Positions 1-11,984 of a stretch of 64,000 nt of DNA are shown piece by piece. This stretch comes from Eledone cirrhosa. Taxonomy: Eukaryota. Made by a program: the position numbers and the translations under genes. Position 1 is the stretch's first letter; each line of letters starts with the position of its first letter. A model generated the notes under the pieces. That model was not told the DNA's origin and did not search any database. It saw only the letters and a program-made list of their open reading frames with translations. Location of the stretch: contig OZ024741.1 of assembly GCA_964016885.1 (NCBI GenBank), positions 43,214,001-43,278,000 on the forward strand, read 5' to 3'.

Positions 1-193
1 CTTACAGGCAACGGAATAATAGATAACGAATGACACCAGCCTAAACCAACCAATGAACTACATTTACGCAGAAACAATATTTAATGACATAATAAAATAA
101 CGTTCACTATTAAATATTTCTTGACTGTTCAACAAAATTTGGAAGGAGTGTTTGATGACTCTGACCCCATGACCCTCTCAGGAATAAGTGGGT

Positions 194-270
194 GAAGAAG
201 AAGAAGAAGAAGAAGAAGAAGAAGAAGAAGAAGAAGAAGAAGAAGAAGAAGAAGAAGAAGAAGAAGAAGA
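194..270 (+). repeat. (GAA)n microsatellite
   Basis: Pure GAA run; explains the poly-Ser ORF 178..369. Confidence 0.98.
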
Positions 271-728
271 TATATATACGTGTTCGTGTATGTGTTTGTT
301 TGTATATGCGTTTGTGTATTTAAAAAAAGTCCAATGGAGATAAACTACACTGGAGAACAGAACACTCAAATTATGCTATATTTTTTAAACACTTCATTTA
401 GTTGGAATAGAATCTTAACGTACGGGATGTTTCAATGGAAAACAGAAAAATAGAAATAAGTGAGATGTTGGTCAGTAAGGAGACAAACGACGACAGACGT
501 AAATGAAACGTCCAAAAGAGTAGAATGTAGAAAACATACGTTATGTGGCTGTTTAGCCAACATGTCAAATGATTGTTAGGAAATACATTCAAGAGGAATT
601 AATCATCACTAGTGGTAAAAAGCAAATGTCTGGTTGTGTTTGTGTGCCTGTGCGTGATTTTCTGTGTACGTGTTTCGTCCCTGTTCTGACATATGCATAT
701 ACATTTGCATACACACACACAGACACAT

Positions 729-772
<44 letters not shown>

Positions 773-870
773 GTTTAATGAAAAACAGTTAGTTGATTTA
801 GAATCAGCTGACGTTTATATAACAGATGCCAAGCACTCAACTGTATATGTTTATCCGGAGTTTTAACAAT

Positions 871-998
871 AATAATTGTTTCTGCTTTTGGCACAAGGCC
901 AGCAATTATCAAGTGTAATACTGGTACTTTATTTTATCGACTGCGTAAGGATGAAAGGCAAAGTTAACCTCGGCGGGATTTGAACTCAGACCATAAAG
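871..998 (-). mobile_element. tRNA-derived SINE fragment (cephalopod-type)
   Basis: Reverse complement has GAGTTCAAATCCCGCCGAGGTTAACTTTGCCTTTCATCC...GTCGATAAAATAAAGTACCAG, shared with many copies in the window. Confidence 0.85.
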
Positions 999-1054
999 GG
1001 AGTTTTAACATAATAATAATAAACGAAAGACAGTTACTTTAGTCATCCCAATTT

Positions 1055-1126
1055 ATTTTATTATACGTATTTCGAAGATGCAAGGCTTATGTATAACAAT
1101 CCAAACTTGTTCTCTTCAGATAAAAT
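1055..1126 (-). ncRNA. Type I hammerhead ribozyme in the PLE 3' region
   Basis: Minus strand: attttat-CTGAAGA-gaacaag...cttgcatcttc-GAA-atacgtat-A-ataaaat; 7-bp stem I, intact core, palindromic stem III. Confidence 0.8.
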
Positions 1127-1989
1127 CCACGGGATATGTAAAATTCATTTGATATGCAGACGGTCAGACGAGCTGTTCAGATCCGTATCCGCAAGCATAT
1201 GAGTTAAAAAACACAACCTCAACACAGAGATATTATATGAGTGGGAGAAATATCATAGTTGGTATTGACGTTTTTGAAATGACAAGAGTATGGTGATACC
1301 GGATTGGTAAAATCAAATCAAAATAAAAACAAATATTGAGCGTTAGTCTATTTATTTATAACTTATGTTAGATTAAATTAGGTATTATACTAAAAAATAT
1401 ATTCGAAGATGCTAATGTAATATTGTAACTATATAATAGAGACAAATTTCTAAATTACTAATTTCGTAGACAAATTATCTTAGTTTACGTATACAATTTA
1501 ATTTAGTAGGTATGAGTGTGGAAAAACATATTTAACAATTGGTATCGCTATTTTATAACTGGGTAGTTTATCATTATATGATATTATTCAAATGGTTCAA
1601 TGGAAAAGATCTATTTGTTGTAACCTAATTATTTAAAAGGAAAGATGCCTAATTTGACAATTTATATTAAAATTAATTCATTTATATACTAATTAAAGTT
1701 AAAATAGATGTAAAAGTTGTGATGAAATACTATAACACTCATTTGTTTTATTTAGCTTATTAACGATTAAAAAATAAAATAGCTTAAAATCTATATATAA
1801 CGAAAATTGATTATTACTTATTTAATAGTCTATTTTGTTTAGAATTTAACTAAATACCCTATGAAACGTTTTGCTAAACTTATGAAGTCAAGAACTAAAG
1901 GTTTTCAAGCGTTTGTTTATAATGAATTGCCTATTACGAATGATGTGGCGAATCCCTGTTGTACAGAGGTAATATCCCTTAGATATAGA

Positions 1990-2885
1990 TGCATTTTCAT
2001 AAGGTAAAGCATGAGTTTCTGCTAAGAAAGGGAATATTCAATATTATTATTTTTAAGCGACCAAATCCATTCAGAGAGGGCCGTGCTAAATCTTTTATCT
2101 TTTCTTTTACACGTGTAGTGATGGTTATACCACCTTTCTTTAAATGTAGAAGATGTAGCACCAATGTAACTGCACGACTTATCATTCGTTTTAATTATGC
2201 ATTTATAAATCAAGTTACGATCAAGACAGTTATTATTAAGTGGACAAGGAATACGATTTTTACAACTACAATTATTCACGTTACTATTTAAATTTCCCTC
2301 TCTGTGTCCATAAGTCGGTAGATTTCCCTCGTCTATGTTAATGTAATTATGACTGTTATTTGAGATGTTGTTAATTTCATTAGTGATTGTACGATTATTG
2401 TGAATTATTTCCCCATGTTTAATTCCAATATTTCTATTGTTAATTTTAGCTATATTTTGTGCAAAAGTTTTTGTAGTCGAGATAATTGTGTGTCGGTTAA
2501 AGATTTTACTGTATTTATGCGAACTTGGAAAGCATTTCTCAAGTGCGCTAAAGAAAAGACTAGCTAAGTTCTTAATTCCAATAGATATTGGTGGATTATA
2601 CAACAGAACAGAACGAGATCGAACCCTCTTATGTGGCTTTTTGGTTGTATAGGAGGTGTATTCATTAGAAATCTGATTTGTCCTGACTCTATAGTTTAGG
2701 TTTCGGATACCTACATTATTATAATTGTCATAAACCGTATGTATATTGGTGTTAATATCTGTTGTTTGTCTATTTCTATGCGGTGGGGTGTAATTATGTT
2801 TTATCAATATCTATGTACTCAATTTCATCATGGGAACCAGGTCTCTTTAATGCATTATTATAGTAACTAGCCTTACAATCGAAAA
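1990..2885 (-). pseudogene. PLE linker plus GIY-YIG endonuclease
   Basis: YYNNALK, LLYNPP, KIFNRHT, CSC..CPL..NCL..NLIYKC..SYIGAT..FKERWYNH motifs; frameshifted. Confidence 0.85.
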
Positions 2886-3235
2886 TTTACAGAAGATTAA
2901 CTGAAGTTGGCGGAGGTTTGTACCGTGATGATGCTCGTTTTACATTAGTTAACCATAATAATACTGCTCTTAATAGGAGAAAGAAAATAATAATTGATTT
3001 TTAAAAATAATTATGGTCTTAAACTCGAAATTGAAAATAATAATGCAGTAGTTAACTACCTAGACATAACGTTAAACTTCAATTCTGGCATTTACTACCC
3101 ATACCATAAATTAAATGAAAATCTTAATTATGTTAGCTACCACTCAAACCAACCTAGAAACTTAAGAAGGCAATAGTTAATAGTGTTCGACAACGAATCC
3201 CCAGACTCAGCTAATAAGGACGTTTTCGATTGTAA
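2886..3235 (+). pseudogene. Inverted PLE reverse transcriptase fragment
   Basis: GLYRDD, VNYLDITLN and YVSYHSNQP motifs. Confidence 0.85.
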
Positions 3236-3599
3236 ACGGTATTCAGTTTGAGCGATTTCAATACTTTTTAAAAGCCTTGCCTGTGATTGTAAGTCTCCCT
3301 CCCAAATTTCTATTTACATAGGAGGAAATAGAGCAGCTGCTAACATGTTAAACAGTAGTCTCTTTTCTCTCTCTAACATCACGAAATTCATGGAATGAAT
3401 TAGGAGCAAAGTGATCCTGATTTAGAAAATTATTTCATGCTACCCAAAATCTATAGAATATAAGGTTTGTACTGAGGAATTTACTCAACTATTCAGATGT
3501 CGATGGGATATATCTTGAATCTGCGAAATCATCGATAAATGTTCATCATAAACTGCTAAATCTTTGCAGATCAGGAAATATACAGGAGTAACAAAACAA

Positions 3600-3950
3600 C
3601 AGAGATTCTAGTCAGTACCTGTCCCTGTAATGCAGCCAAATTAACACGGTGGAACACATGCTCTCTTCAATCTTCCAGAATCCCCCACCCTGGTTCAGGG
3701 GATGCCTGGCCCTTCTGGTCCTGCCTGAATCACCTTCGAACAACTGTCCGTCGCCGTAAAGCTTCAGAAATGGAGAGATGCCACCGATGATGATTCCAAA
3801 TGCCAATGCAAGCAGTTACAAACTGTGAAACACCTAATTTGCCCAATCTTTAAGATTCATGCACACTTAACGACCTTGAAATATTAACACACTGGGAATG
3901 GCTCTGTGCAATACTGAATGTGTGTGGTCTAGCGACCCAATAAAAAAACT
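3600..3950 (+). mobile_element. 3' fragment of an I-group (Vingi/Ingi-like) LINE
   Basis: Frameshifted translation PG..AWPFWSCLNHLRT..LQKW..CQC..QTVKHLICP..CTLNDL, followed by AATAAA and an A run. Confidence 0.6.
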
Positions 3951-5110
3951 GAAAGATTTTCTAAGATCTAGAATTTAGACAGTTGTAGTCATCAATGTAC
4001 TCTTTCTTTCTTTCCTTTTTCCTTGCTGAGAAGTAAACATTAAATCTACGTGGATTTGCTTGGGGAGCATTCGTGGGTGCCAATTGCATTTTCCGTATTA
4101 GTTCTCATTCATGCCCTTCGCTTTGCTAATGGCAACTCTCACTGTATATACAGACGGTTTCAAAACCAAAGAAAACTGAAGATGTTTTAAACATTCAGTC
4201 AAATCCCAGTGAAATATGTGCGTGTGTTGAATGAACAGCATGCTGGAGAACAAAAGTGTGCTATGGGGAATATTTGGCTGATATTTCTAGTAAGTGGAAC
4301 TACTATTTTTCATGTTACTCTGTTCCTTATTATTCTGCTGGATGAACATTAGAAAGCGATGCAACATAAACACATATGTAACTTAGATAATTATATGAAC
4401 ATGTTCTGTAGTATTGGTGATAGGAACCACCTTCATCGGTTAATCTTGTCAGAAGAAGGTGGGCTATGCGCATTTGTATGAATATATACCAACCACAGAG
4501 CCTCATCAGACCAGCACTTGTCCTGGGTTCATTGGCGTTAACAGGTAGAACATGACTGATTGTGGGGATGATCATGGTAGTGGTGGTGGACTTAATGGGT
4601 AAGGTGATGATGATGGTGGTGGTGGCAGTGGTTGATTTAATGGGTGTGGTGATGAAGATAGTGATGGTGATACTGCTTAAATACATTTTTATATAGATAA
4701 TACAAACAACCACAAGGATATGGTCCCAACGTGGAAGAGCCGAAGTCACACTGTCATGATAGTAAGTCCCAGCACATTAACCACTATGCCGCGCGGTTTC
4801 ACATTAATAAAATACCCATAAAGTTATCTTCAGTATCATAATTCAATTTCTACAGGAGCTTATATTACTTTTCACCTGTTTCACATCAAGAAAATAATCA
4901 CAAAGAATATAATGGTTTCGTGTCTATCCCATATAAGCTTCTGCCTAATGAAAAGAAAATTATTTTTCTCTCTTGTCTTTCTCTCCCAATACAGATGATA
5001 GATATAATGTATTTGCGTGAAAAAATATTGGGTAATTGAAAACAAATATCAAACGAAGGGGTAAAAATAGAGATTTTGAAAAGAAAAGATACTATATTAT
5101 TCCTTTCTTT

Positions 5111-5196
<86 letters not shown>

Positions 5197-6674
5197 CGTA
5201 TATATTATTATACTTTGGGAGGGTCATATTACACAAACCAATATAAATAGGAAAAAGCGACATATATGCGAGTGTATGTATATTTATATATATATATATT
5301 ATATGTGTATATACGTACATGCATACATACACATACATACATACATACAAACATACATACATATATATATATATGTGTACATATATATATATATATATAC
5401 ACATTATATATATTGACACATACACATACCTATATATATATATTTATATATATATATATATATATTAACGTCCGTGCTCCTGTGTGTTGTATTACTACGA
5501 AGGACATCGAATATTGCATTTGAAAAAAAATCTCCATTTTCTTTCTCTGCTTAACTATTCTTGAAGGTTTAATCTAATAAAATAAATTGAAACGTCTTAC
5601 TAAAAGAAGAAATGATAAACGAACATAAAGTCTAAAATGGATTAATGCTATAAACTATATCAAAGTGGAACATGAAAGAAATTCTTGAACTAAACGCATT
5701 GCGAAAGTAAAAAGGAATTATTTTATTTCTGTATTCTGTAGAAAGAAAAAATCATATGAAAGCATAATTTTTCATATTTCAATATAAATGAAGACACTGA
5801 AAGTAAAAATGAGTGAATATAGAAAATAGCAGTCTTCTAGGTATTATTAATGTTTTCATTTCATTATTTTTTCACTGATGTATATTTTTTGTTTCGCTGG
5901 AATGTAGTGTGCTTAAGCAAAGATATTCCACTTTTAGATTTTATTCTATTTACTAGGTAACATACGATGTCATTTTGACTCTTATCTCTTTCATAAGTCG
6001 ATAATCAAGAAATGTGTAGATTCGTGGTGTGTGAGCTCATGAAATCAAAAATCTAAATACCAGCTGATATGTGGTGTGGAAAGATTCTTCAATTTCACCA
6101 TTATTATTATTCCCTCTAAATTTCTATGTTCATGTAATAAGCTTGTAACTCGTCATTTCATATGTTTGTGGTAGTTCAATATGAAAGGAAACCAACAATG
6201 CCAAGGCTTTTAATAGAAAGATTTCATCTTATTCATGTCAGCAATTATTGTAAATAATGTTTACTTCAATTTCTCGTCGGGATATTCTATGGGAGTCTGG
6301 TTAAGAGGTTCACTTTGCAGACATGTAGTCTCCGAGTCGGTAAGACTGGTAGAGAGAAGTTTGAGTACGTTTCTGCTACTAACATCTCGGTTTCATCAAT
6401 GCCTGGTGGGTGGAATATGGTAGACGGCAACTACACAGAATCCTTCTGTATGTATGTATATATAAATATACGTATTCAATCTCTCGAGCCTTCACGAAGC
6501 GCTAAGAGGATAAAGTTAATGTAAAGTGTGGTGTCCTCATGCCCAGAGACGCTATACAATAGTTTATTAATTAGGGTGAAAACCCTTAGAGACGCTACTT
6601 GGATTCGAAGTTATCCCCATAATCTAGGCGATTTCAACCATTTAGCTTAATGTAATATATATATAATAAATATA

Positions 6675-6759
<85 letters not shown>

Positions 6760-6839
6760 GTTAAAAATGTACATCCACATATGTATACTGAAATACTAGT
6801 ATGCATATGAATACACACACGTATACATATGTAGATGTA

Positions 6840-7286
6840 CCGAGTTTTTTCACTGGTCACTTTACTGTGAGTGTCCAGCTATTCTGTATGTAAATACACA
6901 GACAAACCGGTTTTTAGAGTCATACTGGTTTTTGAGGAAACACCTTTCCTCTATTCTCCAGAAAGCCAGACAAGGAATATTGAACTAGTTTCGTTGTTGT
7001 TACAACTCATCAGCAATATTTACCTATCTTCCGGCCTTTCTAGAGAATCGTAAAAGCACATATCGTTATATGCTTTTTCTATGAAAATTAGTAGTGGGCA
7101 GACTAATTTGCATAGAGCGTGAGTACGTACCGGTTCAACGGAGACGATAAAAACAAATAACGAAACGAAATTAAATTTCGTTTCGTTTGTAACTCACTTT
7201 TGTATGACTGACGCTTAAACAATTAGCGTCAGTCATACAAAAGTGAGTTACAAACGAAACGAAATTTAATTTCGTTTCGTTATTTG

Positions 7287-7290
<4 letters not shown>
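6840..7290 (-). mobile_element. Solo HHR-bearing non-coding element with a terminal fold-back
   Basis: HHR, octamer at 7106-7113 and block 7067-7090 resemble the 500-bp array unit; ~65-bp inverted arms at 7151-7215 and 7225-7289; next to (TA)n. Confidence 0.7.
6976..7020 (-). ncRNA. Minimal type I hammerhead ribozyme
   Basis: Minus strand: aatattg-CTGATGA-gttg(taacaa)caac-GAA-actagt-T-caatatt; canonical core, GUU cleavage triplet. Confidence 0.88.
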
Positions 7291-7314
<24 letters not shown>

Positions 7315-7317
<3 letters not shown>

Positions 7318-9046
7318 GTAAACGGAATATAAAATGCTGACAAATTGTTCACAGTTGAAAAATAGTTTAATTAGGAATAAAAGAGTATTAGTAATTGTAT
7401 TGGTTAGTATTCAGTTTTGGTTTTAAATTTTTGGTTCTGTCGGTTTTTAATCTATTTAATTCTTCCCATTCTTTCTTGTTGAGGTTTGGCTTGTGTTTTT
7501 GTCTGTGCAAGTGTTGGTAAGGTAAGTTTGTGATGTGTTCACAGAATTCGTCCAGGATTTTATTCCTGCCTTTTGAAGGGGTGTAATTGCTTCTATTTCT
7601 GGCTAATGATTCATCCTCATTGTACTGGTCAAATAGTTGTTCACTAAGTCGTAACTTTCTACAGAAGTCTGTGATGTCTTCCTTCATTTCATAGTAGTTA
7701 GGACGTAGTGGGGTCGGTGTGAATTTAAGACCTTTGGAGAGTAAGTTGATAAGGTTGGGTGTTGGTTCTGCACTAGTAAGATTGATAATCTTTATTACTA
7801 TCGGTTTCTCTTCCCTGTCTTGTGTTATTTTGTTTGCCTGTATCTGTGTGCTGTGTCTAAAAAATGGTTGGGGTAGAGGGGTTGTCTGCTGATGTTAAGT
7901 GTTATCCTGTGTTTGTTATATTCCTTTTTGGTGTAAAATGTGGTTCGGGTTGGTGGTTGTAGATTCAATGGGGTGTTCCTGTACTGCGAGTATGGGTGTG
8001 TGTTTCTATGTGCCATGTTGTATTGTGGTGTTATAAGTGGCCTACGTTGTTTGTTGTATCGTGTGGTGTGGGTTTGTTGTGTATTGTGGAAGCGAGAGTT
8101 GAGAAAATGGTAATTACCTTGCTGTCCCCTCATCGTCAAATATAGGGAAAAGATACCACCACCATGATAGATGTAACAACTTCCCCGCTTCAACGGGACA
8201 GCAAGGTAATTACCATTTTCTCAACTCTCGCTTCCACAATACACAACAAACCTACACCACACGATACAACAAACAACGTAGGCCACTTATAACACCACAA
8301 TACAACATGGCACATAGAAACACACACCCATACTCGCAGTACAGGAACACCCCATTGAATCTACAACCACCAACCCGAACCACATTTTAAAACAACAAGG
8401 AATATAACAAACACAGGATAACACTTAACATCAGCAGACAACCCCTCTACCCCAACCATTTTTTAGACACAGCACACAGATACAAGCAAACAAAATAACA
8501 CAAGACAGGGAGGAGAAACCAATAGTAATAAAAATTATCAATCTTACTAGTGCAGAACCAACACCCAACCTTATCAACTTACTCTCCAAAGGTCTTAAAT
8601 TCACACCGACCCCACTACGTCCTAACTACTATGAAATGAAGGAAGACATCACAGACTTCTGTAGAAAGTTACGACTTAGTGAACAACTATTTGACCAGTA
8701 CAATGAGGATGAATCATTAGCCAGAAATAGAAACAATTACACCCCTTCAAAAGGCAGAAATAAAATCCTGGACGAATTCTGTGAACACATCACAAACTTA
8801 CCTTACCAACACTTGCACAGACAAAAACACAAGCCAAACCTCAACAAGAAAGAATGGGAAGAATTAAATAGATTAAAAACCGACAGAACCAAAAACTTAA
8901 AACCAAAACTGAATACTAACCAATACAATTACTAATACACTTTTATTCCTAATTAAACTATTTTTCAACTGTGAACAATTTGTCAGCATTTTCTATTCCG
9001 TTTACCAATATATAATAACTTGTGTGTTACACCTCTATTCTTTTAA
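7315..9046. mobile_element. Long inverted repeat of a PLE N-terminal fragment joined to a PLE 3' end
   Basis: ~814-bp arms (7315-8128 and 8195-9008) with a 66-nt spacer; arms encode IINL..LLSKGLKFTPTP..FCRKLRL; 3' tail shared with the 61660-61889 element. Confidence 0.85.
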
Positions 9047-9210
9047 CTATATATATATATGTGCATATATATATATATTATAAAAAGTCGGCTGATCCAT
9101 TGCCGACTTTTTATAATATAACCATCTCTTACTTCCTCCCATATCGAGTACTCTATTGAGTAATAGTCTACCCAGTTTCAAACTAAATCCATCCTGATAC
9201 ATGTGTATAT

Positions 9211-9275
<65 letters not shown>

Positions 9276-9435
9276 GAAAAAAGATGAAATCGAAAATGCA
9301 ACTGGAGTCTTTTTTTAAAAATATATATTTATTTGGTTCCTTTACCGGTTTCGCAGTTCTTCTGCCTTTCAAAAGTAGAATTGAGATGGAGGGTCTCTCG
9401 TTTTTCTCACATCTGGTTGGTCTTTGAATGTTACT

Positions 9436-10750
9436 TATGTTTTTAGGATTTTGGCTAGAGAAATATCCCAATGAGATACCTGACAGAATAGAAAAAAGCA
9501 TCATTACCGAGGGATTACAATTTATGTTACCGAGCAACTCTTTTGATTTCGATGGCAGTATTTACAAGCAAATATCGGGGACTGCGATGGGTACAAAAGC
9601 CGCTCCAACTTATGCCAACTTAGTCATGGCATACTTAGAGGTCCAGATATATAAACAGTTCAAATCAAAATACGGATTGAACTTCCACAAATATTTATCA
9701 GAGAATTGGAAACGCTACTTGGATGATTGTTTCATTCTTTGGTCTCACACACTCGACCAACTAAATGATTGCAAAAATATAATTAACCACATCCAACTCA
9801 CAATGGAATACAGCCAAGATCAACTCCCATTTCAGGACATCTTAATCTTTAAAAAGACACAAATATTGAAACTGACATACACTACAAACCAACGGATATC
9901 AAACAATACCTGCTATTCACCTCCAACCATCCAAAGCACACGAAGACGAACATTCCTTTTAACCTAGCAAGATGAATTTGCACACTTGTCTCCAATTATG
10001 AAACGCGAAATAAAAGACTTCAAGAATTAAAGGAAATTCTACTCGAAAGACAGTACCCACCATTACTAATAAATAATGGAATAGAAAGGGCTAAAGCAAT
10101 AGGCATTAATGAATTACGAAAACAGAAACAAATTCAAGATACGTCCAATTTTCTATCATATATCTCAACACACAACCCAAGAAATACGGAAGCTTACAAC
10201 ACTATTCACAAGAACATCCCACTATTGAAACAAGACCCAAGAATGAAAAAAGCCCTTGAGTCACACAAAATAATCAAAAGCAAAAGACAACCGAAATCAC
10301 TAAAAAAAATACCTCACCAATGCCAAATTACCTACCACAAACCCACAACTAACTGTCAAATGTGGACGCTCTAATTGTGGAATCTGCACTCACCTCATTG
10401 AAGGCAACACGTAACATTTCAATCAGGACAATATTTTGCTGTAAAAAATCACTTCACTTGCTCATCAAGAAATCTAATTTATGCCATTAAATGTAAAGGA
10501 TGCAATGAAGATTATATAGGACAATATAAACTCACACTCAGAAACAGAATGACAGTTCATAGCCAACAATTACGAGATCCAACCACGAGACAGATACCAT
10601 TAAGTTCACATCTAGACATATGCGCAAGTAATAAGACACCCAAATTCCAAGTCTTCCCATTTTATTTTTGCGCTGACAATACAACAGAACAGATACGAAT
10701 AAATAAGGAAAATATGTTTATTCCAAAATATAGACCAGCATTAAATATAG
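9436..10750 (+). pseudogene. PLE RT, Cys-rich linker and GIY-YIG (disrupted)
   Basis: GTAMGTKAAPTYANL, WKRYLDD, SNHPKHT, CGRSNCGIC, FTCSSRNLIYAIKCKGC..YIGQ; contains stops and frameshifts. Confidence 0.9.
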
Positions 10751-10944
10751 TTATACATTATGTCAACACCATAACATGCTAATCAACCAAACAGACACAT
10801 ACATACACACATAACACCTACTTTAGAAAATAAAACCAGAACTAAATAAACCTTAACATACGTTAATACTCTAAAACCTTAACATCCTAACTCTCCCCCC
10901 ACACACACAAATCCCTCCCCATTTCTACTAATAGAACCATCTTC

Positions 10945-10987
<43 letters not shown>

Positions 10988-11304
10988 AGCACACAAATAA
11001 ACATATCTCTACTTTCTTTATTTCAATAGCAAGTCTGAATTCTGACACCCCAGCGCACCAACCATATTCACTGAACCAGAACAATTCTCCCCATCCCATA
11101 TTTCTTGACCATTATCTTTTGTTTGGCACAACATTCTTTAAAAGGCTACAAAATAAATTCCCAAATACGGGCGGGAAATTTAATGTACTTGTTCACGTGA
11201 TAGTTATAATTTGATTTATAACCAATCAAATAACATTTCAGCACATCAGTCATACTCAGAACAACTCTCTCCATCCCTTTTTCTTGACCATTATCTTTTG
11301 TTTG

Positions 11305-11494
11305 GTAGTGGATTGGCAGTATCGGTAGAGGGTCGGACGCCATGCTTTGCAGCAAAGAGTTACGGCCCTTTATGGTGTGTGTTCAAATCCCGCCAAGGTT
11401 AACTTTGCCTTTCATCCTTACGGGGTCAATAAAATAAAGTACCAGTAATACACTGGGATAATTGCTAGCCTTGTACCAAAAGTAGAAACAATTA
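11305..11494 (+). mobile_element. Full-length tRNA-derived SINE with target-site duplication
   Basis: A-box and B-box-like head; ATTATCTTTTGTTTGG duplicated on both sides. Confidence 0.85.
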
Positions 11495-11940
11495 TCTTTT
11501 GTTTGGCACCAAATTCTCTAAATGGCTATAAAACTATTCCAAAATACGGGCGCCAAATTTAATGTACTTGTTCACGCGACAGTCATAATTTCATTTATAA
11601 TCAATCAAATTACATTTATAAAAAAAAGCCTTCGTTATCCACCTTTTTTTAAGTAAACAAAATTCAAACACAAACTCGCGCGAAAGCTGATGTGCTTATT
11701 CACGTGACTGTATCAACCAACCAAACTTCACTCATATATGAAAAAAACAACCCCCCTTTGTCTGAAGAACTTTGTAACGTGAACTGGCACGACATTTATT
11801 ATACTTATTCACCAACTAACCAACCAACCAAATTACTTCTCTAAAAACCTGGCATTTCGAGCCACTTTTTTCCATATAAAACAGAAGTAACATTCAAAGA
11901 CCAACTAGATGTGAGAAAAACGAGAGACCCTCCATCTCAA

Positions 11941-11984
11941 TTCTACTTTTGAAAAGCAGAAGAACTGCGAAACCGGTATAGGAA
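11941..11984 (+). ncRNA. HHR variant (UUGAAAA core) in the pLTR; mirrored at 9337-9380 (-)
   Basis: TTGAAAA-gcag(aagaa)ctgc-GAA-accggt-A; stem I is imperfect. Confidence 0.65.

Larger units (their letters stand above)
1020..3235 (-). mobile_element. Penelope-like element, 5'-truncated with a 5' inversion
   Basis: GIY-YIG and linker on the minus strand, RT and thumb piece on the plus strand, HHR in the 3' region. Confidence 0.8.

Noticed and set aside
11305-11400. tRNA gene
   Set aside because: The A/B-box-like sequence is the head of a multi-copy SINE; no cloverleaf
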